From Candidatus Multivorans sp. (GTDB taxonomy: Bacteria > Acidobacteriota > Thermoanaerobaculia > Multivoradales > Multivoraceae): a DNA stretch of 64,000 nucleotides. A program made the position numbers and the translations under genes. Shown here in pieces: positions 49,439-58,759 of the stretch. The stretch is from NCBI GenBank assembly GCA_965224025.1, contig OZ245033.1, forward strand, positions 128,001 through 192,000, given 5' to 3'. How positions within the stretch are numbered: position 1 is the stretch's first letter; each line of letters opens with the position of its first letter. The notes beneath the pieces were generated by a model. It saw only the letters and a program-made list of their open reading frames with translations, made no database searches and was not told the origin of the DNA.

Positions 49439-50641
49439 ATGGAACCGCACCGTCGTCCACCGGGCCAGGTCCGAGACGCAGTCGTTGCCGTGCTCCGCAC
49501 CTATCCGGACGGAGCGTCACCGAGCCAGATTGAGCAGGGCGTGCAACAGCGCATCGGACCCGTGGCAGGTTCGAGCATTCGCTCCTACCTCCGGCTCAAC
49601 ACGCCCAGCCTCTTCGAGAGGCCCGCCCGGGGCCTCTATCGGCTTCGCAACGGCGAGACTCGATGGTGTCCGCCGAGCAGTGAACTCCGGGACGCGCTGC
49701 CGGCCTTTGACCACGGCCGGGCATCGATCGTCCATGCCGACTGCCTGGACTGGCTAAGGACGTGCGAACCCAACACGATTCACGCCGTGATTACCGACCC
49801 TCCCTACGGCCTCGTCGAGTACTCCAGTCTCGAACAGGAGAAGCTCCGGGCCGGGCGCGGCGGCGTGTGGCGCATCCCGCCTTCCTTCGACGGCGCGAAG
49901 CGGTCTCCTCTACCGCGGTTCACGACGCTCTCGGACAAGGACAAAGAGGCCCTGGGCGCGTTCTTCGAAACTTGGGCGAGACTACTGCTGCCGGCACTCG
50001 TTCCCGGCGCCAACGTCGTCGTCGCCACCAACCCCCTGCTCTCCTACCTGGTCTCGGGCGCGCTCGCACGGGGTGGTTTGGAACGGCGCGGCGAACTCGT
50101 GCGGCTAGTCACTACGATGCGCGGTGGAGACCGTCCAAAGGGAGCCCACGTCGAATTCGAGGATGTGAGCGTGATGCCCAGGTCCATGTGGGAGCCGTGG
50201 CTGCTGTTCCGCAAACCTCCGGAGGGCAGGATCCAGGACAACCTGCGGAAGTGGGGCACTGGCGGATTCCGCCGTCCTGAGAGCGGTCGACCATTCGGCG
50301 ACGTCATCCGCTCAGCGCCAACTCAAGCTTCCGAACGAAAGCTGGCCCCACACCCGAGCCTGAAACCACAACGCTTCCTCCGACCGCTTGTGCGGGCGGT
50401 CTTGCCGCTGGGCAAGGGCGTCGTGCTCGACCCGTTCTGCGGTGCCGCTTCCACACTGGCCGGGGCGAACGCCGTCGGCTACGGGAGCGTCGGCATCGAG
50501 AAGGACCCGCACTACTACCGCATGGCCTGCGAGGCTCTTCCGCGGCTCACCGCCCTACAAGGGCAACACCAACTCTCTTGGCCACGACCGCCGACTACTC
50601 GATGCAGGCCCACTGCCCGAAGACCCTCTCGAAGCACATGA
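49439..50641 (+). CDS. Beta-class N4/N6 DNA methyltransferase with N-terminal winged-HTH-like domain
   Basis: TDPPY (motif IV) before HPSLKP and LDPFCG (motif I); N-terminal VRDAVVAVL...SSIRSYLRLN...RGLYRL; TATAGT 7 nt before the ATG. Confidence 0.88.
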   Translation: MEPHRRPPGQVRDAVVAVLRTYPDGASPSQIEQGVQQRIGPVAGSSIRSYLRLNTPSLFERPARGLYRLRNGETRWCPPSSELRDALPAFDHGRASIVHADCLDWLRTCEPNTIHAVITDPPYGLVEYSSLEQEKLRAGRGGVWRIPPSFDGAKRSPLPRFTTLSDKDKEALGAFFETWARLLLPALVPGANVVVATNPLLSYLVSGALARGGLERRGELVRLVTTMRGGDRPKGAHVEFEDVSVMPRSMWEPWLLFRKPPEGRIQDNLRKWGTGGFRRPESGRPFGDVIRSAPTQASERKLAPHPSLKPQRFLRPLVRAVLPLGKGVVLDPFCGAASTLAGANAVGYGSVGIEKDPHYYRMACEALPRLTALQGQHQLSWPRPPTTRCRPTARRPSRST

Positions 50642-50946
50642 ACACTAGGCCGGAGAGCCTGGAGCTTCGGGCAACCTTCAGAAGGACGCACCGTCAGGAG
50701 TGGCGACGAAATGGATGAAGTGGATGACACCAAGCGAGACCCTGCCGTCACGTTCTGGGTCGGCTTCCTTATGGGGAGGATCACAGGTCAGTAGCTCATC
50801 TCGATGCCTGCAGGGCGGAGCGCCACGAGGCCCTTGGAGAGACCGGCACGCGTCGTGGTTCACGCCCAGCTACTTCGCCAGACCCGAAACGCGGGCCGCC
50901 TCGCGAAAGTGCCGTTTCTTCTTGGGCGAACCCTCCCCCCCCACAC

Positions 50947-51558
50947 CTAAGAACGGAGTCGGTACAGCCAGTTCTGGCGGAACTTCCGAATTCCGTCTCG
51001 ATCGAGCGTCGCCGTCCGCGTTCCCAACTCACCCCGCTCGTTTCGACGGAAGTCGTCCACCGTGACGTAGCCGAGGTAGACTTCGGTGAAAACCATCGGC
51101 CTTCGAGCACGGGCCGGCTCGGTCACGTGATCGGTCTCGTACACGAAGACGCAGAGCCACTGCTCCCGGGCACCGTGGAAGTCGACGGCGCCGCCCTTCT
51201 TTCGGGTCGTCTTGATCTCAAGGCCCTCTTCCCCCGCCGCAACGCTGTTGTCGGGATAGACGCCCTCGACGAGAAGATCCGGATGGCCATTGTGGTAGCG
51301 GTTCTCGGTCAGGCTTCGCGCGTGGTTCGCAAGACTCGCCGTCAGCATGTCCGAGACGAATCCGGACATCGCGGCCGGCCGCAGTAGATCGTCGAGGCGC
51401 TTCAACCCTCGCCCGAGCAGGTTGCTGTTGACGTCGAAGAAGAAGTCGTAGACATCCTGCATCGCCAGGTCGAAGTCCTTGATGCGCGGTTCGTACGGGA
51501 GCCGCAGTTCCCGGTTGAAGCCAGCAGGGGCGACGTGGCTTCGATCCATCGGCTTCAT
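50947..51558 (-). CDS. Putative type II restriction endonuclease (PD-(D/E)XK)
   Basis: GHPDLL...GLEIKTT; 203 aa; convergent with the MTase; ATG 51558 overlaps the maoC stop. Confidence 0.65.
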   Translation of the reverse strand: MKPMDRSHVAPAGFNRELRLPYEPRIKDFDLAMQDVYDFFFDVNSNLLGRGLKRLDDLLRPAAMSGFVSDMLTASLANHARSLTENRYHNGHPDLLVEGVYPDNSVAAGEEGLEIKTTRKKGGAVDFHGAREQWLCVFVYETDHVTEPARARRPMVFTEVYLGYVTVDDFRRNERGELGTRTATLDRDGIRKFRQNWLYRLRS

Positions 51559-52034
51559 CCGCCGGAGTCCCTCTTGCTCTCCTTCTCCGGCACCTTCAGC
51601 ATCAGCCCCAGCCGGATGCAGCGGGCAACCAGCTCGTCGTGCTGGTTGTAGGCCCGGTGCTCGAAGGTCACGATCCCGGCGTTGGGCCGCGAACGGCTCT
51701 CCCGCTTGTCCTTGACCTCGGTCTCGATCCGCAGCGTGTCGCCATGGAAGACGGGGCGTGGAAACACGACATCGTTCCAGCCCAGGTTGGCGATCGTCGT
51801 GCCGAGCGTCGTGTCGCCCACCGAAACCCCGACCATGAGACTCAGGGTGAAGCAACTGTTGACAATCCGCTGTCCGAACTCGCTGTTCTTCATCGCCTCG
51901 GCGTCGAGGTGGAGCGCCGCCGGGTTGTGGGTCATCGCGGTGAAGAAGACGTTGTCCGCCTCGGTGACCGTCCTCCGCAAGGCGTGGTCGAAGAGTTGCC
52001 CGACTTCGAACTGCTCGTAGTAGAGCCCTGCCAT
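51555..52034 (-). CDS. MaoC family dehydratase
   Basis: [43 protein letters not shown]. Confidence 0.9.
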   Translation of the reverse strand: MAGLYYEQFEVGQLFDHALRRTVTEADNVFFTAMTHNPAALHLDAEAMKNSEFGQRIVNSCFTLSLMVGVSVGDTTLGTTIANLGWNDVVFPRPVFHGDTLRIETEVKDKRESRSRPNAGIVTFEHRAYNQHDELVARCIRLGLMLKVPEKESKRDSGG

Positions 52035-52122
52035 GAAGACAACCCTACAGCCACTACCGCCTTCGGCGGATGCGGGCGGGATGCCCGCGTTCCCAAGGCC
52101 GGATACCGGCGGGTGCCGCTTG

Positions 52123-53448
52123 CTAGCCGACGCGTTCGATGTCGGCGCCGAGCGAGCGCAGCCGCTCGTCGATCCGCTCGTAGCCGCGGTCGATCTGCTG
52201 CACGTTGTCGATCACGCTGCGGCCCTCGGCGCACAGCGCGGCGATCAGCATCGCCATGCCGGCGCGGATGTCGGGGCTCACCATGTCCCGCCCGTAGAGC
52301 TTCGACGGCCCGCTGACGACCACCCGGTGCGGGTCGCAGAGCACGATCTGGGCGCCCATCGCGACCAACCGGTCGACGAAGAACATGCGCGACTCGAACA
52401 GCTTCTCGTGGATCAGCACCGAGCCGCGGCTCTGGGTCGCACCGACCACCGCGATCGAGGTCAGATCGGCAGGAAAACCGGGCCAAGGCGCGTCCTCGAT
52501 CTTCGGAATCGCGCCTTGGAGATCTGTACGCACGCACAGCTCCTGGCCGCCCGGAACGAACAGGTCACGGCCGTCGACGGAGACCTCGAAGTCGATCCCC
52601 AGACGCCCGAACGCAAGCCGCGTCGCGCGGTGCTCCCGCGGCCGCGCGTTGGGAATGCGCAGTTCGCCGCCGGTCACCGCGGCCAGCGTGATGAGCGACC
52701 CGACCTCGATGTAGTCGGGCCCGATCTCGAACTCGGCGCCGCCGAGCCGTTCCGCACCCTCGATGGTCAGCGCGTTCGTCCCGATCCCGTCGATCGGCAC
52801 CCCCATCGACCGCAGCAGCCGGCAGAGGTCCTGGATGTGCGGCTCGCTCGCAGCGTTGAGAATCCGTGTCTGGCCCCCAGCGAGAGACGCCGCCATCACC
52901 GCGTTCTCGGTAGCCGTCACCGACGCCTCGTCGAGAAAGATCTCGGCGCCGCACAGCCGGCCGTCGGCGGCCTTGACGCGGCACTCGAGGCCGCCGCGGG
53001 GACAGAGCGTGATTTCGGCGCCCAGGGCCTCGAGTGCCAGCACATGGGTGTCGAGTCGCCGCCGGCCGATCACGTCGCCGCCCGGAGGCGGCATGCTCAC
53101 CCGGCCCCGCCGTGCGAGCAACGGCCCCGCAAGCAGGATCGAGGCCCGGATCGCCCGGCACAGGTCCGGGTCCGGATCCGCGTCACCGAGAGCGGCGGCG
53201 CAGACACGGACCGTGTCCGCGCCCACGAACCGGGCCGCGGCCCCGAGCTGACGGAGCAACTCGATCTGCGCTTCGACATCGCGGATTCGCGGCACGTTGC
53301 GCAGCGTCACCTCGTCGTCGGTGAGCAGCGCGGCAGCCAGAATCGGCAGCGCCGCGTTCTTGTTGCCGCGCGCTTCCAGGGTACCCGAGATCGGTCGGCC
53401 GCCCTCGATCACGAACTGGGAGCGGGGCATGTGTCCGGCGGTGTCCAT
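52123..53448 (-). CDS. murA: UDP-N-acetylglucosamine 1-carboxyvinyltransferase (Cys-to-Asp type)
   Basis: [56 protein letters not shown]. Start may be ATG 53430. Confidence 0.96.
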   Translation of the reverse strand: MDTAGHMPRSQFVIEGGRPISGTLEARGNKNAALPILAAALLTDDEVTLRNVPRIRDVEAQIELLRQLGAAARFVGADTVRVCAAALGDADPDPDLCRAIRASILLAGPLLARRGRVSMPPPGGDVIGRRRLDTHVLALEALGAEITLCPRGGLECRVKAADGRLCGAEIFLDEASVTATENAVMAASLAGGQTRILNAASEPHIQDLCRLLRSMGVPIDGIGTNALTIEGAERLGGAEFEIGPDYIEVGSLITLAAVTGGELRIPNARPREHRATRLAFGRLGIDFEVSVDGRDLFVPGGQELCVRTDLQGAIPKIEDAPWPGFPADLTSIAVVGATQSRGSVLIHEKLFESRMFFVDRLVAMGAQIVLCDPHRVVVSGPSKLYGRDMVSPDIRAGMAMLIAALCAEGRSVIDNVQQIDRGYERIDERLRSLGADIERVG

Positions 53449-53468
53449 CGGATGTCAAGTTGACCACA

Positions 53469-53538
53469 GGAACGTCGTGACGGGTCCTCCGTCTTCCGAT
53501 ACCGGCCGATCCTGAAACTTCGACGGCGCTCTCGCGTC
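53469..53538 (+). promoter_or_regulatory. Two tandem ECF-sigma-type promoters
   Basis: GGAAC-N16-CGTC (53469-53493) and TGAAAC-N16-CGTC (53513-53538). Confidence 0.55.
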
Positions 53539-53604
53539 CTAAAGAAGTACAGCGCAAACAGGCCGCCCTGCCCCCCGGCCTGCCCCGGAACAAGGAGAAC
53601 CGAC

Positions 53605-54276
53605 ATGAAGAACCGTCACCACCCGTGGACAGCCCTGGCGTTCGCACTGCTCATCGCCATCGTGCCCGCCGCCGCCATCGCGCAGGCGGATGACGACCAC
53701 GGCCACGACGAGCGATGGGAGGAACTCGGCCAACGCTGGCAGGAGTGGGGCGAGCGATTCGGCCGCAGCTTCGAGGAAGCCGACTGGGAGTCCCAGCACA
53801 AGAGCTGGGAGGAGTACGGCAAGCGCTGGGAGGTGTGGGGCGAACAGTTCGCCGCGTCCTTCGAGAGCGCTTTCAACGAAGAAGAGTGGGAAGCCTGGGC
53901 CGAGCAGTTCGAGGACATGGAGCACGAAGACGGCGAAGTCGACTGGGATCGCTTCGGCGAGTTCTGGGAGCAGTTCGGCGAGCGGTTCGGCAACTCCCTC
54001 GGCGAAGCGCTCGAAGGCGCTGACTGGGAGACCTTCGGTGAAGCCCTGGGCGCGCTTGGCGAGCAGATGGGCGAGCTGGCGGAGCTGATCGCGGCCAGCG
54101 TCGAGAACGCCGATTGGGATGGCTTCGCCGACCTCGTCGGCGAGACGGTGGACCAGGCGGTCGAGAACGCCGAGGAAGCTGTCGAGGCGGCCGAGGAAGC
54201 GGCCGAAGCAGCAGCAGACGCCGCCGAAGAAGCCGCCGAGCACGCCGCGGAGGCAGCCGAGGAGATCGACGCCTAA
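53605..54276 (+). CDS. Secreted acidic, Trp/Phe-rich amphipathic helical repeat protein
   Basis: AAGGAG RBS, signal peptide ending AAIAQA; repeats such as WEELGQRWQEWGERF, WEEYGKRWEVWGEQF, WDRFGEFWEQFGERF; AEEA-rich tail. Confidence 0.85.
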   Translation: MKNRHHPWTALAFALLIAIVPAAAIAQADDDHGHDERWEELGQRWQEWGERFGRSFEEADWESQHKSWEEYGKRWEVWGEQFAASFESAFNEEEWEAWAEQFEDMEHEDGEVDWDRFGEFWEQFGERFGNSLGEALEGADWETFGEALGALGEQMGELAELIAASVENADWDGFADLVGETVDQAVENAEEAVEAAEEAAEAAADAAEEAAEHAAEAAEEIDA

Positions 54277-54335
54277 GGGCCACACGCAATGCCGTAGGCT
54301 ACGCACTCCGTTTCACCAGCCACGGAGTGCCCCAC

Positions 54336-55286
54336 ATGCCCGTCGACCCCCAGGTACAGGCCTTCCTCGAAGTTCAGGCGCGGGCCGCGATCGAAAACCA
54401 GGTTCCGCCCATCACGGAACAGACCGTGGCGATGGCCCGGGCCGGCTATCTCGCGGTCGCCGAGATGCTCGGCCAAGGGCCCGATGTCGACACCGAGGAC
54501 TGCGCCGTGCCCGGCCCGGCCGGCGACATCCCGGTCCGCATCTACAGGCCGAAGGACGCCGGCGCCGGCCTGCCCATCCTCGTCTACTACCACGGCGGCG
54601 GCTGGGTGATCGGCGATCTCGACACCCACGACTACGCGTGCCGCGAGCTCTGCGTAGGCGCCGTCTGCGTCGTCGTCGCGGTCGACTACCGGCTCGCCCC
54701 CGAAGCCCAGTTCCCGGCCGCGGTCGACGATTCCTGGGCCGCCCTCCAGTGGGTCGCGGACAACGCGGAAGCTCTCCGCGGCGACCCGAACCGGATCGCG
54801 GTCGGCGGCGACAGCGCCGGCGGCAGCCTCTCCGCCGTGATGAGCCTCCTCGCCCGCGACGCCGGCGGCCCGAACCTCGCCTTCCAACTCCTGATCTACC
54901 CGGCCGTGGACATGGAGTTCAGCCGCGCCTCGATCGACGAGAACGCGGACGGCTACGTCCTCACCAAGGACCACATGATCTGGTTCCGCGGCCACTACCT
55001 CCGCTCTGACGCCGACCGCGCCGACTTCCGCGCCTCGCCGCTCTTAGCCTCCGACCACAGCGGCCTGCCGCCCGCGCTCGTCATCACGGCCGAGTTCGAC
55101 CCGCTCCGTGACGAAGGCCGTGACTACGCCGAGACCCTCCAGGCCGGCGGCGTCCAGACCACGCTCTCGAACTACGAAGGCCAGGTCCACGTGTTCTTCC
55201 AGCTCTCCCCGATCCTCGACGGCGGCCGCAACGCGGTCGACGAGGCATGCGCCGCACTTCGAAAGGCGTTCGGCGACGCGTCATAG
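54336..55286 (+). CDS. Hormone-sensitive-lipase family esterase (alpha/beta hydrolase)
   Basis: HGGGW, VDYRLAPE, GDSAGG, FDPLRDEG, VHVF. Confidence 0.93.
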   Translation: MPVDPQVQAFLEVQARAAIENQVPPITEQTVAMARAGYLAVAEMLGQGPDVDTEDCAVPGPAGDIPVRIYRPKDAGAGLPILVYYHGGGWVIGDLDTHDYACRELCVGAVCVVVAVDYRLAPEAQFPAAVDDSWAALQWVADNAEALRGDPNRIAVGGDSAGGSLSAVMSLLARDAGGPNLAFQLLIYPAVDMEFSRASIDENADGYVLTKDHMIWFRGHYLRSDADRADFRASPLLASDHSGLPPALVITAEFDPLRDEGRDYAETLQAGGVQTTLSNYEGQVHVFFQLSPILDGGRNAVDEACAALRKAFGDAS

Positions 55287-55373
55287 AAGTTGCCCCCGCA
55301 GGCCGTTACCGCCCGGCGGCGCGGTTGGAGCGGCTGCGCTCCAGAAGCCAGGCGCGCGGTAGGATCGCATGTA

Positions 55374-56960
55374 GTGAGCGTCCCCGCTATCCGGCCTACA
55401 GACGCCGCCGAGTCTCTCCAGACCGAACGGGAACTCGGCGCCGTGGCGGCGGAACTGGCCGGCACAAAGGGACCACTGGCAGCCAGGCCGCCGGAACACG
55501 GGGTCGTCGAGACCCTCCGAGACCAGATCCGAGCCGGTGGCGATCCTCTCGGCGAGGCTTTCTGCAGAATCCGAACCCCGCGGGAACGCCGCGACAAGGG
55601 AGCCACCTACACGCCGGCAGCGATCGTCGACAACATGCTCGCATGGACGGTGAAGCACAAGTCGCCGGCGCGCGTCGTCGATCCGGGAGCCGGATCCGGG
55701 CGCTTCATTCTCGCGGCGGGACATCGGTTCCCGGGTGCCGCCCTGGTCGCAGTCGAGACCGACCCGCTCGCGATTCTGATCCTCAGGGCCAACGCGGCGG
55801 TTCTGGGACTTTCCGATCGTTTGATGATCGAAGAGACCGACTACCGAGACTTGTCACTGCCGGCGATCGATGGACCGACACTATTCATCGGCAATCCGCC
55901 CTACGTTCGCCACCATCGGATCAACGCGAAGCGAAAGGACTGGTTCGTCAACATAGCCGCGAAGCACGGCCTTCGCGCGAGCAAGCTGGCCGGTCTCCAC
56001 ATCCACTTCTTCCTCAAGAGTCTGGAACTGGCCCAGCCCGGCGACTACGGCGCATTCATCACCGCGGCCGAGTGGCTGGACGTGAACTACGGCTCGGTGC
56101 TTCGCCATGCCCTCGCTGACGGGCTAGGCGGACTGGCCCTCCACCTCCTCTCGCCGACTGCCGAACCCTTCCCCGACGCGCTGACCTCGGCCGCCATCAC
56201 ATGCTGGGAAGCCGGCCATCACGGATCGTCGGTCGGGATACGCATGATCGAAGGTCCGGACCAGCTAGACGGCCTGCGATCGGGCCGCTCGGTGCCTTGG
56301 AGCACCCTCAGAAAGGCGCATCGGTGGTCAACAGTCATCAGACCCTGCAGCCGCAAACGCGCCGGCGCCATCGAGCTTGGTGAGCTCTGCCGCGTTCACC
56401 GCGGCCAGGTGACCGGCAACAACGGGGTGTGGGTCGCTGGGAAGTACGAGGGTGACTTGCCGCCCAGAGTCCTCTTTCCGGCTATCACACGCGCTCGAGA
56501 GCTGTTCTCGGCAGGCCCTGTTCTTGCTCACGCGGACCATCTGCGCCGCATCGTGGACCTGCCACGCGACCTCGACTGCCTTGAAGGTTCGGACCGCGAC
56601 CTGCTCGACGAGTTCCTGCGCTGGGCACAACAGCAAGGCGCCCACAAGTCCTACATCGCCCGCCACCGACGACCCTGGTGGACGGTCGGCCTTCGAGCGC
56701 CCGCGCCGGTTCTCTGCACCTACATGGCACGTCGTCCACCCGCTTTCGTGCGGAACCCATGCGGCGCCCGGCACATCAATGTCGCCCACGGGCTCTACCC
56801 CCGGCAAGAACTCTCCGAGGACCAGCTTGCGGCGCTCACCGAATGGTTGAACGGCCACGTCGGCACCGACCAAGGTCGCACCTACGCCGAAGGCCTGACG
56901 AAGTTCGAGCCCAAGGAAGTCGAGCGGCTCCTGATCCCAAGGCTTGAAGACCTCGGATGA
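55374..56960 (+). CDS. Gamma-class N6-adenine DNA methyltransferase (XamI-system type)
   Basis: GATYTP, VVDPGAGSGRF, IGNPPYVRHH, C-terminal TKFEPKEVERL. GTG 55374 lies 8 nt after TAGGAT (track start is 55290). Confidence 0.88.
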   Translation: MSVPAIRPTDAAESLQTERELGAVAAELAGTKGPLAARPPEHGVVETLRDQIRAGGDPLGEAFCRIRTPRERRDKGATYTPAAIVDNMLAWTVKHKSPARVVDPGAGSGRFILAAGHRFPGAALVAVETDPLAILILRANAAVLGLSDRLMIEETDYRDLSLPAIDGPTLFIGNPPYVRHHRINAKRKDWFVNIAAKHGLRASKLAGLHIHFFLKSLELAQPGDYGAFITAAEWLDVNYGSVLRHALADGLGGLALHLLSPTAEPFPDALTSAAITCWEAGHHGSSVGIRMIEGPDQLDGLRSGRSVPWSTLRKAHRWSTVIRPCSRKRAGAIELGELCRVHRGQVTGNNGVWVAGKYEGDLPPRVLFPAITRARELFSAGPVLAHADHLRRIVDLPRDLDCLEGSDRDLLDEFLRWAQQQGAHKSYIARHRRPWWTVGLRAPAPVLCTYMARRPPAFVRNPCGARHINVAHGLYPRQELSEDQLAALTEWLNGHVGTDQGRTYAEGLTKFEPKEVERLLIPRLEDLG

Positions 56961-57883
56961 TCGAACCGAGGCGTTGGACCCTCGCCGAGCTTGAACGAAG
57001 CGCGGAAGAGGCCACGTCCGTGTTTCGCGAAGGACGCCTCAAGGAGTCCCTGAACCAATACTCCAACTTCTTCGAACACTTCTCGAGCGTCTTCCGCGAA
57101 CTCATCGACCGCCTGCCGGCCCTTGCGCGTGCCGAGGACTCCGCGGACACTGTCATCGAGATCCTCAGCGAGGACGATGCGCGAACCGCTCTCCGCTATC
57201 TGGCGGCGCCGCCCGTGTCCGACGACGACCTCAAAACTCTCGCCGAGACCAAGCTCTCCGCCTCCGCCCTCCGAAGCACACCCGAGAACGCCCACCGCAT
57301 AGCCGCCCTCGTCTTCCATCTCCTCGATCCCCACCGCTTTCCCTGGATCACCGAGAGCCGCCCACCGACGAGCGATGAACTCGAACGAGCCGTCATCGCC
57401 TCCGCCGCTCTCGTAGCGGCACAGAAGGTGTCCACCTCCCGCCGGAGCGCGAGCAAGGTCCAAGAAGATGCGGTCAAGGAGGTGCTCCGCTCCTGCGGCT
57501 TCATCCAAGACGCTTCCCGGCCCGACATCGAGACTCTCGTGGATGCCCCGGCGCCGAACCACTTCCGAGGCGAGAGCAAACTAGGCCGAACGAAGGCCGA
57601 CATCGTGGCCCGTCTGGCCGATCAGCGCCTCTTGGCGATCGAATGCAAGGTGTCGAACAGCGCCGTCAACTCGTACAAGCGCGTGAACCACGAGGCCGTC
57701 GGCAAGGCACGATCGTGGCTGTCCGACTTCGGAAGACGCCAGATCGTCCCTGCGGCCGTCCTCAGCGGCGTGTTCAAGCCCGCTAACCTCGCAACAGCTC
57801 AAGACGAGGGTCTCGCTCTCTTCTGGGCCTTTCGGCTCGACGACTTGGCAGCCTTCGTTCAGACCACCAGCGGCGAGCGTTAG
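56957..57883 (+). CDS. XamI family type II restriction endonuclease
   Basis: RYLAAPPVSDDDLKTL, LDPHRFPW, KADIV...AIECKVSNSAVNSYKRVN, AAVLSGVFK; ATGA overlap with the MTase. Confidence 0.85.
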   Translation: MIEPRRWTLAELERSAEEATSVFREGRLKESLNQYSNFFEHFSSVFRELIDRLPALARAEDSADTVIEILSEDDARTALRYLAAPPVSDDDLKTLAETKLSASALRSTPENAHRIAALVFHLLDPHRFPWITESRPPTSDELERAVIASAALVAAQKVSTSRRSASKVQEDAVKEVLRSCGFIQDASRPDIETLVDAPAPNHFRGESKLGRTKADIVARLADQRLLAIECKVSNSAVNSYKRVNHEAVGKARSWLSDFGRRQIVPAAVLSGVFKPANLATAQDEGLALFWAFRLDDLAAFVQTTSGER

Positions 57884-57966
57884 GACATCCAGACCGCGGA
57901 CTGCTTCTTCGGCCGTTCAGTGGCGAACGCCTCCTCCACTTCGTCTGGACATCACCGCAGTGCAGC

Positions 57967-58640
57967 TCACGAGACAATCCACCCTGTCATCTCAGGGCGC
58001 CGAAACGGCCGCCCGCACTCAGTGGCCTCCACCATGGCTACGGAATTCCCAATCACGAATTCGCGGGAGGCCTCTGCGATCCAGACGTTCAAGTCCTTCA
58101 CCATATCTGCACACACTGGTTTCATCGCGCACCCAACAACTTTGGGCAACAACAAGAAGGCGCTGCGGGGCGAAAGCGGATAGCAAGGACAGTGACGTGG
58201 CCCCGTCTCACTTCTTCGACAATAGAGTCGGCCCGGCTCTCGACCTGACTGAAATACGCCTCCCCCACGCTCTTGGCGGCACGCCGCATCCTCTCCTTCG
58301 TGCACTCAGATGTAAGCGGGAGCCCATCTACACACGACTCGGTGCGAGAGAACGAAACGTACGCTTGCAAGATGCTCTTCGCATGGGCTCTCACGTTCGG
58401 ATTCGCGAACGACAGTTCCACATACTGGCCGAGAGAGTCTATGTCACGCTCGTTCAGCAGGGGCATCCGATAGAAATCCCTCTTCGCGAGAACGTTCGCC
58501 GGATTGGTGGGCTGAGGGTTCACGACGCCATTCCGTGAGAAGAACACCTGGCCGTTCGTATTCCCCCACTTCTCCAGATAGGCCCTCGGTACATAGTGGT
58601 GCCTCCTGGCGATCGACTGCCGAGACTTGGGTTTCTTCAT
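57967..58640 (-). pseudogene. DUF4238-family gene relic with internal deletion/frameshift
   Basis: N-terminal RRHHYVPRAYLEKW...RDFY; near 58185 the frame switches to C-terminal-type YPLSPRSAFLL...DLNVWIAEASREFVIG. Confidence 0.65.
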
Positions 58641-58759
58641 GCTTGGTGCCACCGTTCTCGGGTCGAGTTCATACGGTCGCGTACATTACTGGAACTAGAA
58701 GGAGCGACGGCGTCCATCGTGGTCGGGCTTGGCGAGTGCCACCATCGCCGCTGGAGCGC

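Noticed and set aside
50642-50946. Small gene between the MTase and the endonuclease (e.g. ORF 50700..51065, or MDEVDDTKRDPAVTFWVGFLMGRITGQ)
   Set aside because: Short, no recognisable motif, conflicting frames; at most a relic.
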